Source: an uncultured Bacillota bacterium
GTDB lineage: Bacteria; Bacillota_I; Bacilli_A; RF39; UBA660
Assembly (NCBI GenBank): GCA_947644695.1
Contig: CANSAJ010000003.1
Coordinates: 8,424 to 72,423 of the forward strand
Direction: 5' to 3'
Length of the DNA: 64,000 bases
Numbering within the stretch: position 1 is the stretch's first letter; every line of letters begins with the position of its first letter. Made by a program: the position numbers and the translations under genes. This document shows, piece by piece, positions 31,981-41,202 of this stretch. The notes below the pieces were generated by a model, which saw only the letters and a list, made by a program, of their open reading frames with translations, had not been told where the DNA came from and did no database searches.

Positions 31981-32409
31981 TTAGAAAGGAAGTTGACTAT
32001 CATCTAGCGCTACTTCTTGTCCAAAATCTTTGTAAGGGTCTACATCTTCTTGTTACCCACTTTGTTGTTCAATTTCGAAATTGTTTTCTCTTTTCTTTTC
32101 CATAAATTCAACATTCTCTACTACTATTGTAGAATAGTATTTATTTGTACCATCAGGTTGTGTTACTTTATTATTTTGTATTCTTCCCTCAATACCTATC
32201 TTATCTCCCTTTTTACAGTATTCGTTTATTAACTCTGCAGTTTTATTAAATGCTGTTATATTTATGAAATCGGCAACTCTTTCACCATCTTTATTTTTAA
32301 ATTCTCTATTTATTGCTATAGTCATGTTCACATATTTATTATTACTATTCTCTATGATTTTTAACTCTGGTTCACGTACTAATCTGCCTAAACCTATAAA
32401 TCTATTCAT
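31981..32409 (-). CDS. ssb: Single-stranded DNA-binding protein, interrupted by an in-frame TAA (32053-32055) that cuts off the conserved acidic tail
   Basis: OB-fold SSB sequence through ...NNFEIEQQSG*; reading straight through the TAA gives QEDVDPYKDFGQEVALDDSQLPF*, the canonical SSB C-terminal D-D-x-L-P-F tip. Confidence 0.75.
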
Positions 32410-33100
32410 TTGTGCTCAACTCTCTTTTCATTATTTTATTTCTATCTCTAATTAATTCATTTAATTTATCTGCAAGTTCCTTATTTGTAGCATTTCTTTT
32501 TACTTCTTCAATTTCTTCACAACCAAGTGTGTTTGTGATGCTAGTAGTTTTATCAGATGACATCGCATTAGATTTCAGAGAAACTACTGGACGCACTCCG
32601 TACGCATAGTAGACGTAAGTGCCATACAAGTAGCCAGGACCACTAGAACCGTGCACGTAGAACACGCGCGAGTAACCACTAGAATTACCGCTATACGGAC
32701 TCATTGTCCAATATCCATATTCTCTTTTTGTTTTTAAAATTTCTATGTTTAATAACTCTACTTCTTCTTTAGTTAATAATCTCACATAATCTCTTGTAGT
32801 TATTTTTTTACCGTCTAATTCTACATCTATTTCCATTATGTTTAAATCATTTATATTTAAATCTTCAGTAAATTTAGTGTTTAATACTTGCCTTATATAA
32901 CTATCTCGCCACCAAGGATTTGAATAATCTTTATTAAATCTTACGTCGTAATCACTATCTATATATTCTTTGTTAGTAAAATATTTTTTTATTTGATCAT
33001 TTGTAAAACTATCTTTTAATAACAATAATTTTTCTTTTTCATTTTCTTTTATTACATACCACTCTAAATCTTTATACTCAACTATTCTCATTTTTCTCAT
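32402..33100 (-). CDS. DUF6273-like domain protein (paralog 3 of 3)
   Basis: LEWYVIKENEKEKLLLLKD ... WWRDSYIRQVLN ... VRLLTKEEVELL ... GYWTMSP ... GVRPVVSLKSNAMSSDKTTSIT; shares a ~65-nt identical stretch with paralog 2. Confidence 0.5.
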   Translation of the reverse strand: MRKMRIVEYKDLEWYVIKENEKEKLLLLKDSFTNDQIKKYFTNKEYIDSDYDVRFNKDYSNPWWRDSYIRQVLNTKFTEDLNINDLNIMEIDVELDGKKITTRDYVRLLTKEEVELLNIEILKTKREYGYWTMSPYSGNSSGYSRVFYVHGSSGPGYLYGTYVYYAYGVRPVVSLKSNAMSSDKTTSITNTLGCEEIEEVKRNATNKELADKLNELIRDRNKIMKRELSTNE

Positions 33101-33248
33101 CTCTTTTCTTAATAATAAATTTTTTTATATCTTTTCCTATCATAATTGCTAAGTCTAAATTATTCTTTTCACAGTAATTTTTTAAATAATCTAATATGTT
33201 ATCTATGTTTTCTCTATCTTTCATATAAAATCACTCATTTCCATTTAT

Positions 33249-33741
33249 TTAACTCTTCTTATTTTGTTTCAATCTTTCTAAATGTCTCTTTTTAGAACAT
33301 TCAGTACAATATACCTGTAAATCACAAAACGTTTCAAGATCTTCGTCTTTTTCTTCTACTTCAACTAATAACTGTTGTAATGCTTCCTTAAAAGTAGTTG
33401 GCAATACTTTAGGATTACTTTTAATATATTCTTCCATTTTGTTAAATGCCTCTATATATTTTAATTTCCACTTTAATGCTTTAGTTCCTGTAAATCCCAT
33501 TACCAATAAACTAAACCCATCTCTTGTGAGTAAATATTCTTTATTAGATTTTCCACTATCATCTTTATAATTGTTTAAAATAAAGTACTGAACGGAATTT
33601 TCCGTTGAGTTCATTTCTTTGATTAGACTTTCAATTTTTTCAAGAACATCACTATGTCTTTTTTTCAAAATTAAGTGCTACCTCTCTACTACTTACAACC
33701 ATTACCCCATTTTTATCTTCTATATTTATTTTTTCTATCAT
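33249..33741 (-). pseudogene. Second Rha-family gene copy, N-terminus frameshifted by one extra A in a poly-A run (~33665)
   Basis: 33669-33741 is near-identical to 27470-27540 and encodes MIEKINIEDKNGVMVVSSREVALNFEKK then a stop; the downstream ORF MKKRHSDVLEKIES... continues the Rha sequence in another frame. Confidence 0.6.
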
Positions 33742-33861
33742 TTTTCTTTTCCTCTTTCTATTATTTTTTATCTAACTAATGTAGTTATATAGCTAAGTAT
33801 CGCTACTAAGCCATAAAATGCTATTATGCACCACTTACTATCAAAAAACTTGTCTATCCAT

Positions 33862-34110
33862 TTATTTTTCATATGCTGGAAACTCCTTTACTTTGCTAAT
33901 TCTAAAATTTGATTTTTGATTTTCCTCTTTTTCAACATACTTTCGTGCTACTTTCATTAGCTTTCCTATTCTTCTCATATCTTTCTTTGGATTAACTACC
34001 ATTAAGTAGCCTAATGGCTCTACACAGTCTATGAATGGCTTACCATCCCAACATCTTGCAAATACTAAATGTATTGTTGTTTCATTTTCTTTTAAATTAT
34101 AATTTTTCAT
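33862..34110 (-). CDS. Hypothetical protein, paralog of 27667..27936
   Basis: 82 aa; NYNLKENETTIHLVFARCW.GKP ... VNPKKDMRRIG ... KSNFRI.KVKEFP.YEK shared with the first copy. Confidence 0.5.
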   Translation of the reverse strand: MKNYNLKENETTIHLVFARCWDGKPFIDCVEPLGYLMVVNPKKDMRRIGKLMKVARKYVEKEENQKSNFRISKVKEFPAYEK

Positions 34111-34265
34111 AATAAAACCCTTTCTAGCTTTTACTCACTAAAAAAGGTTTATCTTTTTACTAATTTCTAGTATAATTAAAGACGAGCTCCATTAGTGAGT
34201 TCAAACCGTAGATAGATAATGTGTATTACGTTCGTCAAAACAAGCACATTTCTATCTTTTTTCTT

Positions 34266-34442
34266 TTACTTTTTAATTTCTTCTTTTTTTACTAAATATC
34301 TTATAAATTCTGCTATATTCATGTTGTAACTTTTTGCTTTATTTGTTAATTCTTGATGTTCTTCTTTATCAAGTCTAATTGTTAGACGAATATCTTTTGG
34401 TAATCCTGTTTGATAATGAGGACCCCTTTTATTTTTATCCAT
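34266..34442 (-). CDS. Ribbon-helix-helix (CopG/MobC-like) DNA-binding protein, 58 aa
   Basis: Below the ORF-track cutoff; MDKNKRGPHYQTGLPKDIRLTIRLDKEEHQELTNKAKSYNMNIAEFIRYLVKKEEIKK has the beta-strand + two-helix RHH pattern. Confidence 0.5.
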   Translation of the reverse strand: MDKNKRGPHYQTGLPKDIRLTIRLDKEEHQELTNKAKSYNMNIAEFIRYLVKKEEIKK

Positions 34443-34657
34443 CACAACTCCTTTCCATTACGTTCGTCTGTATTAACGATAACACCGACGCACATAATTG
34501 TAAAGATAGAAATTAAATTTGTGCATCTATTTGACAACTACACCATCTTGTGTGGTTTTTATTATTAAATTTTCAAAGAACAGTTATTTTATAGACTTTA
34601 TTGACTTTTTTTATTTTGCATATTCTTTTAATTCTTCTAGTATTTTATTTATATCTA

Positions 34658-34999
34658 TCATATTAAGAAATCCCTCATTTCCATTTGTTTAAGCTCTGAT
34701 ATCAGCTTAAATACACTTACTGATTTACCCGTGTATTCACATATTTTCTTTTCATTTAAAGCTTCTACCCTACCTATTTTCATTAATTCACATAAACGAG
34801 GACTTGAGAAGTTTCGCTCATCTGTAGGGGGATATCCCAGCTTTTTCATTTGTACAGATATTTCCTTAGCTGTTAACCCTTCTGGAAATCGAGACAATAT
34901 GTATTCTATCTGTTTATACCTTTTTTCTTTATCAACACTATCTATAGATTCTCTTCTAGTCTCGTATGTAACTATTTGTCCAGGTAGTACTTTTGTCAT
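34658..34999 (-). CDS. Hypothetical protein (113 aa), possible winged-helix
   Basis: ORF with the early-region codon pattern; GLTAKEISVQMKKLGY resembles an HTH. Confidence 0.35.
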   Translation of the reverse strand: MTKVLPGQIVTYETRRESIDSVDKEKRYKQIEYILSRFPEGLTAKEISVQMKKLGYPPTDERNFSSPRLCELMKIGRVEALNEKKICEYTGKSVSVFKLISELKQMEMRDFLI

Positions 35000-35176
35000 A
35001 ATTACCTTCTTTCATTTTTTATTTTTAAATTTCTTAGTTTAGTATCTTATACTATTTTAACTATTTCACCTATTGTCATTATTAAAAAGAATATTATTAT
35101 TGATAAAATTGCTATATTTCCTAAAAGCGACATCTTAGTTACTGTTTCATATTTTGTTATTTCTGCCATTATCATT

Positions 35177-35650
35177 TTATCTACTCCATTCCTCTATCAT
35201 TTTTTCTATTTCTTTATCTTTTAAAGTCATAATCCCTACATTGTGACAATCCTGTGTTAATTGGTCTATAAGTCTACTCATTTGTTTTGTATCATATGTA
35301 GAACTTCCATAATAAGCTAATACTGTTGTACAACCTTCTATTTTGCTTATATCCGCTTCACACACCCAGCCAATGCCTTTATTACTCCACTTTTCTAAAA
35401 ACTCTTTTAATGCTTTGTTTTGAATACATAATGGTGTATAAGCTCCTACTTCTTTGATATGTTTTCGGTAGATTTCTTCTTTAGGTAATCCTAACTTTTC
35501 AGCTAGTTCCTGGAGAGTTTTCCAATAATAAGAATTTGCATTAAGACTTCTTTTCTTTTTATTTTCTATATATGTGAATTTATATTCTTTTGTTTGATCT
35601 AATTTAAATAACTCTCTTACAAAGTCTTGTGGTTTACTTATGTAATCCAT
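35177..35650 (-). CDS. NinB (lambda Orf)-like recombination mediator
   Basis: RSLNANSYYWKTLQ matches the lambda NinB RSLDQNRKLWA core; located beside the annealase and nuclease genes. Confidence 0.6.
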   Translation of the reverse strand: MDYISKPQDFVRELFKLDQTKEYKFTYIENKKKRSLNANSYYWKTLQELAEKLGLPKEEIYRKHIKEVGAYTPLCIQNKALKEFLEKWSNKGIGWVCEADISKIEGCTTVLAYYGSSTYDTKQMSRLIDQLTQDCHNVGIMTLKDKEIEKMIEEWSR

Positions 35651-36234
35651 AATCCACTCTCCATTTCCTCTATGCTTGGAAATTTACCTTTTTCAATGCA
35701 ATATTCTAAATATCTTAATTTAGGTAAAAATTCATTATTTATAAATTCTTTGTTGTATTCAATCTCATATTTATTTAATCGTTTTAAATCAATTTGATTA
35801 AAATAATTTTTATAATCTTTTTCTAATAATCCATAAGCATCTATTTCAGCCTCATGGATACCACTAGCATACATCTGAACTTGGACTTGATTTATATAAT
35901 CTTTATGCTTATCTAAATTAAAGCCTTTTTCATACTGATATGTTTTTATTTCATGTATTTTTCTACTTGTATTAGCATCTAGATTTACTCTTAATCTACC
36001 TATAATTATTTGTTTATCTTTTTCAAGATTTGGTATATTAAGTGCATCTATTATTTTATGTTCGTAATTTGTTCCAGCTAATGTAAATTTGTTGTCAAAA
36101 TGTCTACTTATTACTCCTAACTTTATCAACCACCACTTTTGAAATGTTTTAGTATTCCAGTTACCTATAACATATTTAACGTCACTAGCTCCAATATAAC
36201 CACTTCTATCCTTATTTTTTATCAATTTTATCAA
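35638..36234 (-). CDS. Putative PD-(D/E)XK-type nuclease (YqaJ/lambda-exo-like recombination exonuclease)
   Basis: 198 aa; SGIHEAEIDAYGLLEKDYK resembles the D..E.K nuclease core; positioned between the SSAP and NinB genes. Confidence 0.35.
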   Translation of the reverse strand: MIKLIKNKDRSGYIGASDVKYVIGNWNTKTFQKWWLIKLGVISRHFDNKFTLAGTNYEHKIIDALNIPNLEKDKQIIIGRLRVNLDANTSRKIHEIKTYQYEKGFNLDKHKDYINQVQVQMYASGIHEAEIDAYGLLEKDYKNYFNQIDLKRLNKYEIEYNKEFINNEFLPKLRYLEYCIEKGKFPSIEEMESGLWIT

Positions 36235-36892
36235 TCGCTTTCTCTAATTTATTTAAAATATTGTAATAACATAGATAAGCTTTTAGTCCATCACTGTCAA
36301 TGTTCAATTGTTCTGCAATTTCCTCAAAAGTTAATCCCTGTTGCATTTTAGAAGTTATTTTTTCTTGCACTCTTTCAGCTATTTTCATAATATTGTGTTT
36401 AGTTAAGTCCAATTCCCAATCATCTTTTTCATTTTGTTCTTCTTCTTTTAGCCATAAATTAAAGCCTAAGCCCGTTCTTATAGCTACACCTTTAACAAAT
36501 AATCTAGTTTGACAATTCCATAATCTTTGTTGACTCATTGAATTATCTTTAACTGGATTTGCTCCATTAGTAACTGGTCCTCTTTGAATAAACTCTAAAT
36601 CGTCTATTACTACTTTTACTGCAGTTTCATATACTCTGTTAGTATTTCCTTTACTATCTTCAAAAACTTGTTCTGTCATAAATAAACTGCTTCCTGTCTT
36701 TTTATTTACTACTGGTTCAAAATATACTTTTTCAGCACCATTTTCATAAAGTAAATCTACCAATTTAGCCCAGTTTAAATAATCTGCTCCATCTCTTTTT
36801 TCTGTCCATTTACTTACATCTAATTCTCTTAATTCTTTATAACTCTTTAACATATTTTTCCTCCATTTACTCTTGAGAGAAGTTTCTCTCAA
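36212..36892 (-). CDS. Single-strand annealing protein (Rad52/Sak-like)
   Basis: 226 aa; N-terminal DYLNWAKLVDLLYE segment typical of Sak/Rad52-family phage annealases; partnered with nuclease and NinB. Confidence 0.45.
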   Translation of the reverse strand: MRETSLKSKWRKNMLKSYKELRELDVSKWTEKRDGADYLNWAKLVDLLYENGAEKVYFEPVVNKKTGSSLFMTEQVFEDSKGNTNRVYETAVKVVIDDLEFIQRGPVTNGANPVKDNSMSQQRLWNCQTRLFVKGVAIRTGLGFNLWLKEEEQNEKDDWELDLTKHNIMKIAERVQEKITSKMQQGLTFEEIAEQLNIDSDGLKAYLCYYNILNKLEKAIDKIDKK

Positions 36893-36903
36893 GTATTTTA
36901 TAT

Positions 36904-37329
36904 TTAACCTATAATTTCATAAGGATTTGCTTCTGTACCTTCACCTAATATTTGTATATCAGATTTTAGAGAAATCACTGGACGTACTCCAGACTTATTA
37001 CTGACGTAATAGTAAGGCAAGTAATCAGGATTGTCAGAATCACCCACGAAGAACACGGTTGCGTAGGAACCATCTTCATCAATATTTGATGTCATAGTCC
37101 AATACCACTTTGATATTTCATGAAATTCATCATCTAATCCTTCTACTTCTTCTTTTGTTAATAGTCTTACAAAATAAGTTTTCATTTTGTTTAAGTTTTT
37201 TTCTTCACTATAACACTTGTATAAAATGTTATTTATTTTAATATAATCTCCTTTTTTTATAGTTTTCTTTCCTTCTAATTTTTCTAATCTGTTAAATATA
37301 TCTTTTATTTGAGCTTCTATCTTTCCCAT
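36904..37329 (-). CDS. DUF6273-like C-terminal domain protein (paralog 1, short form)
   Basis: VRLLTKEEVEGLDDEFHEISKWYWTMTSNIDEDGSYATVFFVGDSDNPDYLPYYYVSNKSGVRPVISLKS. Confidence 0.5.
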   Translation of the reverse strand: MGKIEAQIKDIFNRLEKLEGKKTIKKGDYIKINNILYKCYSEEKNLNKMKTYFVRLLTKEEVEGLDDEFHEISKWYWTMTSNIDEDGSYATVFFVGDSDNPDYLPYYYVSNKSGVRPVISLKSDIQILGEGTEANPYEIIG

Positions 37330-37331
37330 AA

Positions 37332-37749
37332 TTATCTTCCCTTTCTTAAAACTCTAGTTAATATCTCTAATCCTGTTAACCATTCACAATTTTCTTCTAG
37401 CATCTGATTCTCCCAATTTTCTACACTATCTTTTGGACCTGTATAATCTTCTGTGTGTAAATTTTCTATGTAGTCATATTCATCTTCATATATTTCATAA
37501 TCTGTTGTTATTAAATATATCTTCTTTAAATCTAGTTGATAAAGCGATAAAATTTTATTCAGCATTTAAAATCTTCCTCGCTTTCATGATTTCGTCAAAG
37601 AAATTATATTGTTTCCACAATCTTTCTCTTTCTTGGTAAAGTTTATTAAATGTCTCAAAGTTTTCGTAATCTGTTAAGATATTATCTATCGATTTATTTA
37701 CATCTTCTATTTTTTTATAAATCTCACTTTTCTTTTCTACAATATTCAT
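37332..37749 (-). CDS. Two small hypothetical proteins (37332..37565, 37555..37749)
   Basis: Overlapping ORFs of 77 and 64 aa downstream of the helicase gene. Confidence 0.35.
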
Positions 37750-37859
37750 AATTCACACTCCTAACTTTTTGATTATTTTATCTAGTTCCTTTTCATATTC
37801 TTTTCTAGATAAATCTTTAATTTTTTTCTTCTCTTCTTCATATTTGGACCATTTATTCA

Positions 37860-39077
37860 TTAGAGATTCACCTCTTTAAATACCTGCTTTGTTTTAAAAT
37901 ATTTCATTTTTGTAATTCCTGTAGAACCATTATCGTTTTTTGCTATATCTACTTTCATAATAGGTTCTAAATTTTCTCTATCAGTTTTATTTTCATAGGA
38001 TAATAGTATTATCTTTCTACTAGAATTTTCTAACTCTCCACTATCTTTAAGCATATTTAATGTTATTTCCTCAGCTTGATATGCACCTCTATTTAGTTGA
38101 CTTGCAGCTATAACTGTGCAGTTATACTCTAAACATATTTTTCTAAGTTCTTTTATTACTTCCGTTATTTCTTCATAAATACTTCTTTTATTTTGATACT
38201 TTACAAGTCCTATATGATCTATAAAAATTACTGTATGCCTATTAGAATTTTTAAGCTTACTTATATATTTTTTTATTTCTGTTACATTATTAACTGAATT
38301 AATTATTGATATTTTTGATGTTTCAATATTGCTAATAGCTTTATTCATTTTTTGCTGTTGATATTCTGTAGGATTATCTATACCATATACTGCAAAATCT
38401 CCATTGATTGCTACTAAACGTCTATAAATATTAGATTTACTCATTTCTAAGTTGAAATAAATACATTGATATCTAGTCATTAAATCATTCATCAAGTTTA
38501 ATAAAAAGCCACTTTTTCCTACCCCAGTAGTAGCTCCTATTACAAGCAGATCATTTTGTAATAATCTCAATTCACTTGATAACTTAGGAAAATTTTTAAA
38601 TTCTATTCCTACCTTTGATGTTTTTAAGTTTTCTTCTATTTCTTTTCGATTTATTACCTCATTTTTTAAAAGTGCTGTTTGATTATCTAATTCTACTATC
38701 TGCTTTATGTAAGTTTCATAGTTAATATTTTTTCCATCTAATTTTTTGTTAAGCTCAATTATTTTATCTTCTTTATAAAACTTTTCTATAGACTTTTCAC
38801 TTTCTTCAAGTTGTTTGATTGAATTTAAGTTATCAAACCACTCATCTAATAGTTCCATGTAATAATCAAGCATTTTGGCGCTAGTTATTCCTTCTAGTGA
38901 TATATGTCCATAATCTCTGTAATAATTCGTTATGTAACTAAATAATTCTCTATGCATTTGCGTACTTAACTCAATAGGCTTTATTTGTACTAAGTCGATA
39001 AAATTTTCTTTGTTAATCAACAATGCCAAGTACTCTCTTTCTATTTGTTCTCTATTTTCTCTACATACTATTTGCAT
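37860..39077 (-). CDS. Replicative DNA helicase (DnaB-like)
   Basis: Walker A GATTGVGKSGFLLNLMND, Walker B VIFIDHIG, RecA-like C-terminal domain. Confidence 0.8.
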   Translation of the reverse strand: MQIVCRENREQIEREYLALLINKENFIDLVQIKPIELSTQMHRELFSYITNYYRDYGHISLEGITSAKMLDYYMELLDEWFDNLNSIKQLEESEKSIEKFYKEDKIIELNKKLDGKNINYETYIKQIVELDNQTALLKNEVINRKEIEENLKTSKVGIEFKNFPKLSSELRLLQNDLLVIGATTGVGKSGFLLNLMNDLMTRYQCIYFNLEMSKSNIYRRLVAINGDFAVYGIDNPTEYQQQKMNKAISNIETSKISIINSVNNVTEIKKYISKLKNSNRHTVIFIDHIGLVKYQNKRSIYEEITEVIKELRKICLEYNCTVIAASQLNRGAYQAEEITLNMLKDSGELENSSRKIILLSYENKTDRENLEPIMKVDIAKNDNGSTGITKMKYFKTKQVFKEVNL

Positions 39078-39748
39078 TAAAATGTTCTCCTAGGTATTTT
39101 TTCTTCTTTAGGAGATTTTTTGTCTTTAAGTTTAATTTCTTCTAACGTTCTATATCTTAAAGAAATCCAACTATCTACTATTCCATAAAAATAACTTAAA
39201 GTAGTAATTCCATTAGCAACACATAGATCAATTGCATAACATAAAACGTCGTCGTCGTAGCATTTTAAGTATTCTTTTATTTTCTCAAAATTAGTTCCAT
39301 TTACTGTTACTAAAAAATTATCTTCTATATAACTAAATATATTTTTACTACTACTACTATTTTTTATTTCTTTAGTATTTATTATATTAGTATTTATATA
39401 TGAGTCATTTACTGACGCGTCGCTAGATGACACGTCATTTACTGACACGTCGCTAGATGACACACCCTTTTCTTTTAAAATATAAATATAGTCCACATTT
39501 TTTGTATTATTGTTTTTTATTATATCTAAATATCCAGCTTCTTTTATTCGTCCTATTTTTGCACTAATATTTCTACGATTACATCCTAATTTCAAACCTA
39601 AATATCCTTGATTAATTTTCCACCCATTAGGTAAAGAATATAAGTAAATAAGTAGCCTAAAATCTCCATCACTAAGTTTGTTTTCTTGAATAATAGAATT
39701 AGGGATATTAGTGAATTTATTTCTTATTTGGCTTTTTAATATCGCCAT
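39077..39748 (-). CDS. Phage replisome organizer / DnaD-like replication initiator containing the putative origin
   Basis: N-terminal HTH FRLLIYLYSLPNGWKINQGYLGLKLG; C-terminal DnaD-like YAIDLCVANGITTLSYFYGIVDSW; internal iterons at 39406-39465. Confidence 0.6.
   Translation of the reverse strand: MAILKSQIRNKFTNIPNSIIQENKLSDGDFRLLIYLYSLPNGWKINQGYLGLKLGCNRRNISAKIGRIKEAGYLDIIKNNNTKNVDYIYILKEKGVSSSDVSVNDVSSSDASVNDSYINTNIINTKEIKNSSSSKNIFSYIEDNFLVTVNGTNFEKIKEYLKCYDDDVLCYAIDLCVANGITTLSYFYGIVDSWISLRYRTLEEIKLKDKKSPKEEKIPRRTF
39406..39465. repeat. 2 x 30-bp tandem direct repeat (iterons) inside the replication initiator gene: putative ori
   Basis: CATTTACTGACGCGTCGCTAGATGACACGT / CATTTACTGACACGTCGCTAGATGACACAC; GC-rich island containing the 8-bp palindrome GACGCGTC, next to an AT-rich stretch. 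Confidence 0.55.
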
Positions 39749-39784
39749 AATTTTTCTCCTCTTATTTTAAATTCAACCAAAACC

Positions 39785-39934
39785 TCCATTTAATTACAAA
39801 ACTATAAATCTTATAATTGTATTAATAACTGTAACCCCCATTGCTGTCATTACTAATAATTCAGCATATTCGTACTCTTTATGTTGTTCTTCACTATCAT
39901 AAAAGTACCCTATTATTCTTTTTTTCATTCTATT
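39785..39934 (-). CDS. Small membrane protein (49 aa), hypothetical
   Basis: MKKRIIGYFYDSEEQHKEYEYAELLVMTAMGVTVINTIIRFIVL with a C-terminal TM; below the track cutoff. Confidence 0.3.
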
Positions 39935-40184
39935 TTGCTCCTTCTAATTCAAACAACTCATTTACAACCCCTGTAAGAGACTTTTCTATGTCTTTAAGCT
40001 TATTGCTTATCACATAGTTTAAAGTCGTGTATTCGTTCAATAAATAGCTTATAGACCAATTATCCATATAAATATTCTCTCTATATCTATCTGCCTGAAA
40101 ATGTTGATCTAATATCATCGTTAAATCTTTTACTACACTTACTTCTAGTTGTAAATTTTCTACTTTTCTTGTTATTTCTTTCAT
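39930..40184 (-). CDS. Hypothetical protein (84 aa)
   Basis: ORF in the early operon. Confidence 0.4.
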   Translation of the reverse strand: MKEITRKVENLQLEVSVVKDLTMILDQHFQADRYRENIYMDNWSISYLLNEYTTLNYVISNKLKDIEKSLTGVVNELFELEGAK

Positions 40185-40342
40185 AATAAAAACCTCCTAT
40201 CAATAGTCAGCTCAAACTATCAAAAAGAGGTTCCCTTTTTTATTATAATTTAGTATAATTAAAGAGGCCTATTTTCGAATAGTCCGAAACTGTATTGGTA
40301 ATGTGTCGTGTCGGTCAAAACAAAGCACATTATCAATCTTTT

Positions 40343-40576
40343 TTATTTTATCCAAGATTGTTCAATAAGGTATCTAATAGCCTCAGATTTACTATTAAAT
40401 CCTTTTTCTTTTACTAGTTTATCTAGTATTTTTAAATGCTTATCATCAAGTCTTACAGTATATTTTTCCATACTTTTTTCGTATAGTCTTCTACCCGACC
40501 CTTTATCGCCTTTCGTACTCGCCTCACTTTCTATGTCGGTCAATGTTATTTTATCATTGTCAGTCATAGAAATCAA
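40343..40576 (-). CDS. Ribbon-helix-helix (CopG/ParD-like) DNA-binding protein
   Basis: YTVRLDDKHLKILDKLVKEKGFNSKSEAIRYLIEQ is a classic RHH. Confidence 0.6.
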   Translation of the reverse strand: MISMTDNDKITLTDIESEASTKGDKGSGRRLYEKSMEKYTVRLDDKHLKILDKLVKEKGFNSKSEAIRYLIEQSWIK

Positions 40577-40592
40577 CCTCCTTTCGTTTATT

Positions 40593-40778
40593 TTACATTT
40601 TTAATTCATTCATTGCTTCTGATGCTGCTAATGAACTTGTATCTTCTAAATAAGGGTCAAATTCTACAATTAATTTACCATTTAATGTCCAGTATTGAAT
40701 TACCGTTCTTACTGGACTTTCTTTTCCATTTCCTTTTATTATTTCAGTTCTAATTACTTTAATTACTTTTGCTTTCAA
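40593..40778 (-). CDS. Hypothetical protein (61 aa)
   Basis: Small ORF with an SD upstream. Confidence 0.35.
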   Translation of the reverse strand: MKAKVIKVIRTEIIKGNGKESPVRTVIQYWTLNGKLIVEFDPYLEDTSSLAASEAMNELKM

Positions 40779-40905
40779 TTAAACCTCCATATTAAAGATT
40801 GAAATGTTTGTTTTGACATTACACATTGTTTTCATTAAATTTAAATTTTCAAAGATCATTTGTTTTAACGTGTTTATTCACGATTGTTTTTTTCATCAAT
40901 TAGTG

Positions 40906-41202
40906 TTATAATTCTTGCAAAGGAACTGTGTTAGTTTCTTTTTCTTTTGTATCACCTCTTTCTAATATTTTGTCTAACATTTCTTTTAATTCTTTGTACT
41001 TACTATTTGTCCCTTCTATATAATCCAATAGAAGTCCAGGGCTAATGTGATAAGTATATTTTTTATTTGATATTTGAATTGCACTTCCTATTGGCAAAGT
41101 CTTTTGTTGAAGTCCAGCGTATATAAATGGTTTACTAACGTTTAGTAACTTTGCTGCGACTTCTACTGGGACATTTGTATAATCTTTTAAAAGTTCTTTC
41201 AT
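40906..41202 (-). CDS. Excisionase-like HTH DNA-binding protein
   Basis: VEVAAKLLNVSKPFIYAGLQQKTLP is an HTH_17/Xis-like motif; AGGAGAA SD present. Confidence 0.45.
   Translation of the reverse strand: MKELLKDYTNVPVEVAAKLLNVSKPFIYAGLQQKTLPIGSAIQISNKKYTYHISPGLLLDYIEGTNSKYKELKEMLDKILERGDTKEKETNTVPLQEL

Noticed and set aside
39406-39465. Possible CRISPR array (direct repeats)
   Set aside because: There are only two 30-bp units, with no spacers and no cas genes, and they lie within a coding region. They are better interpreted as ori iterons. No CRISPR array is present anywhere in the window.
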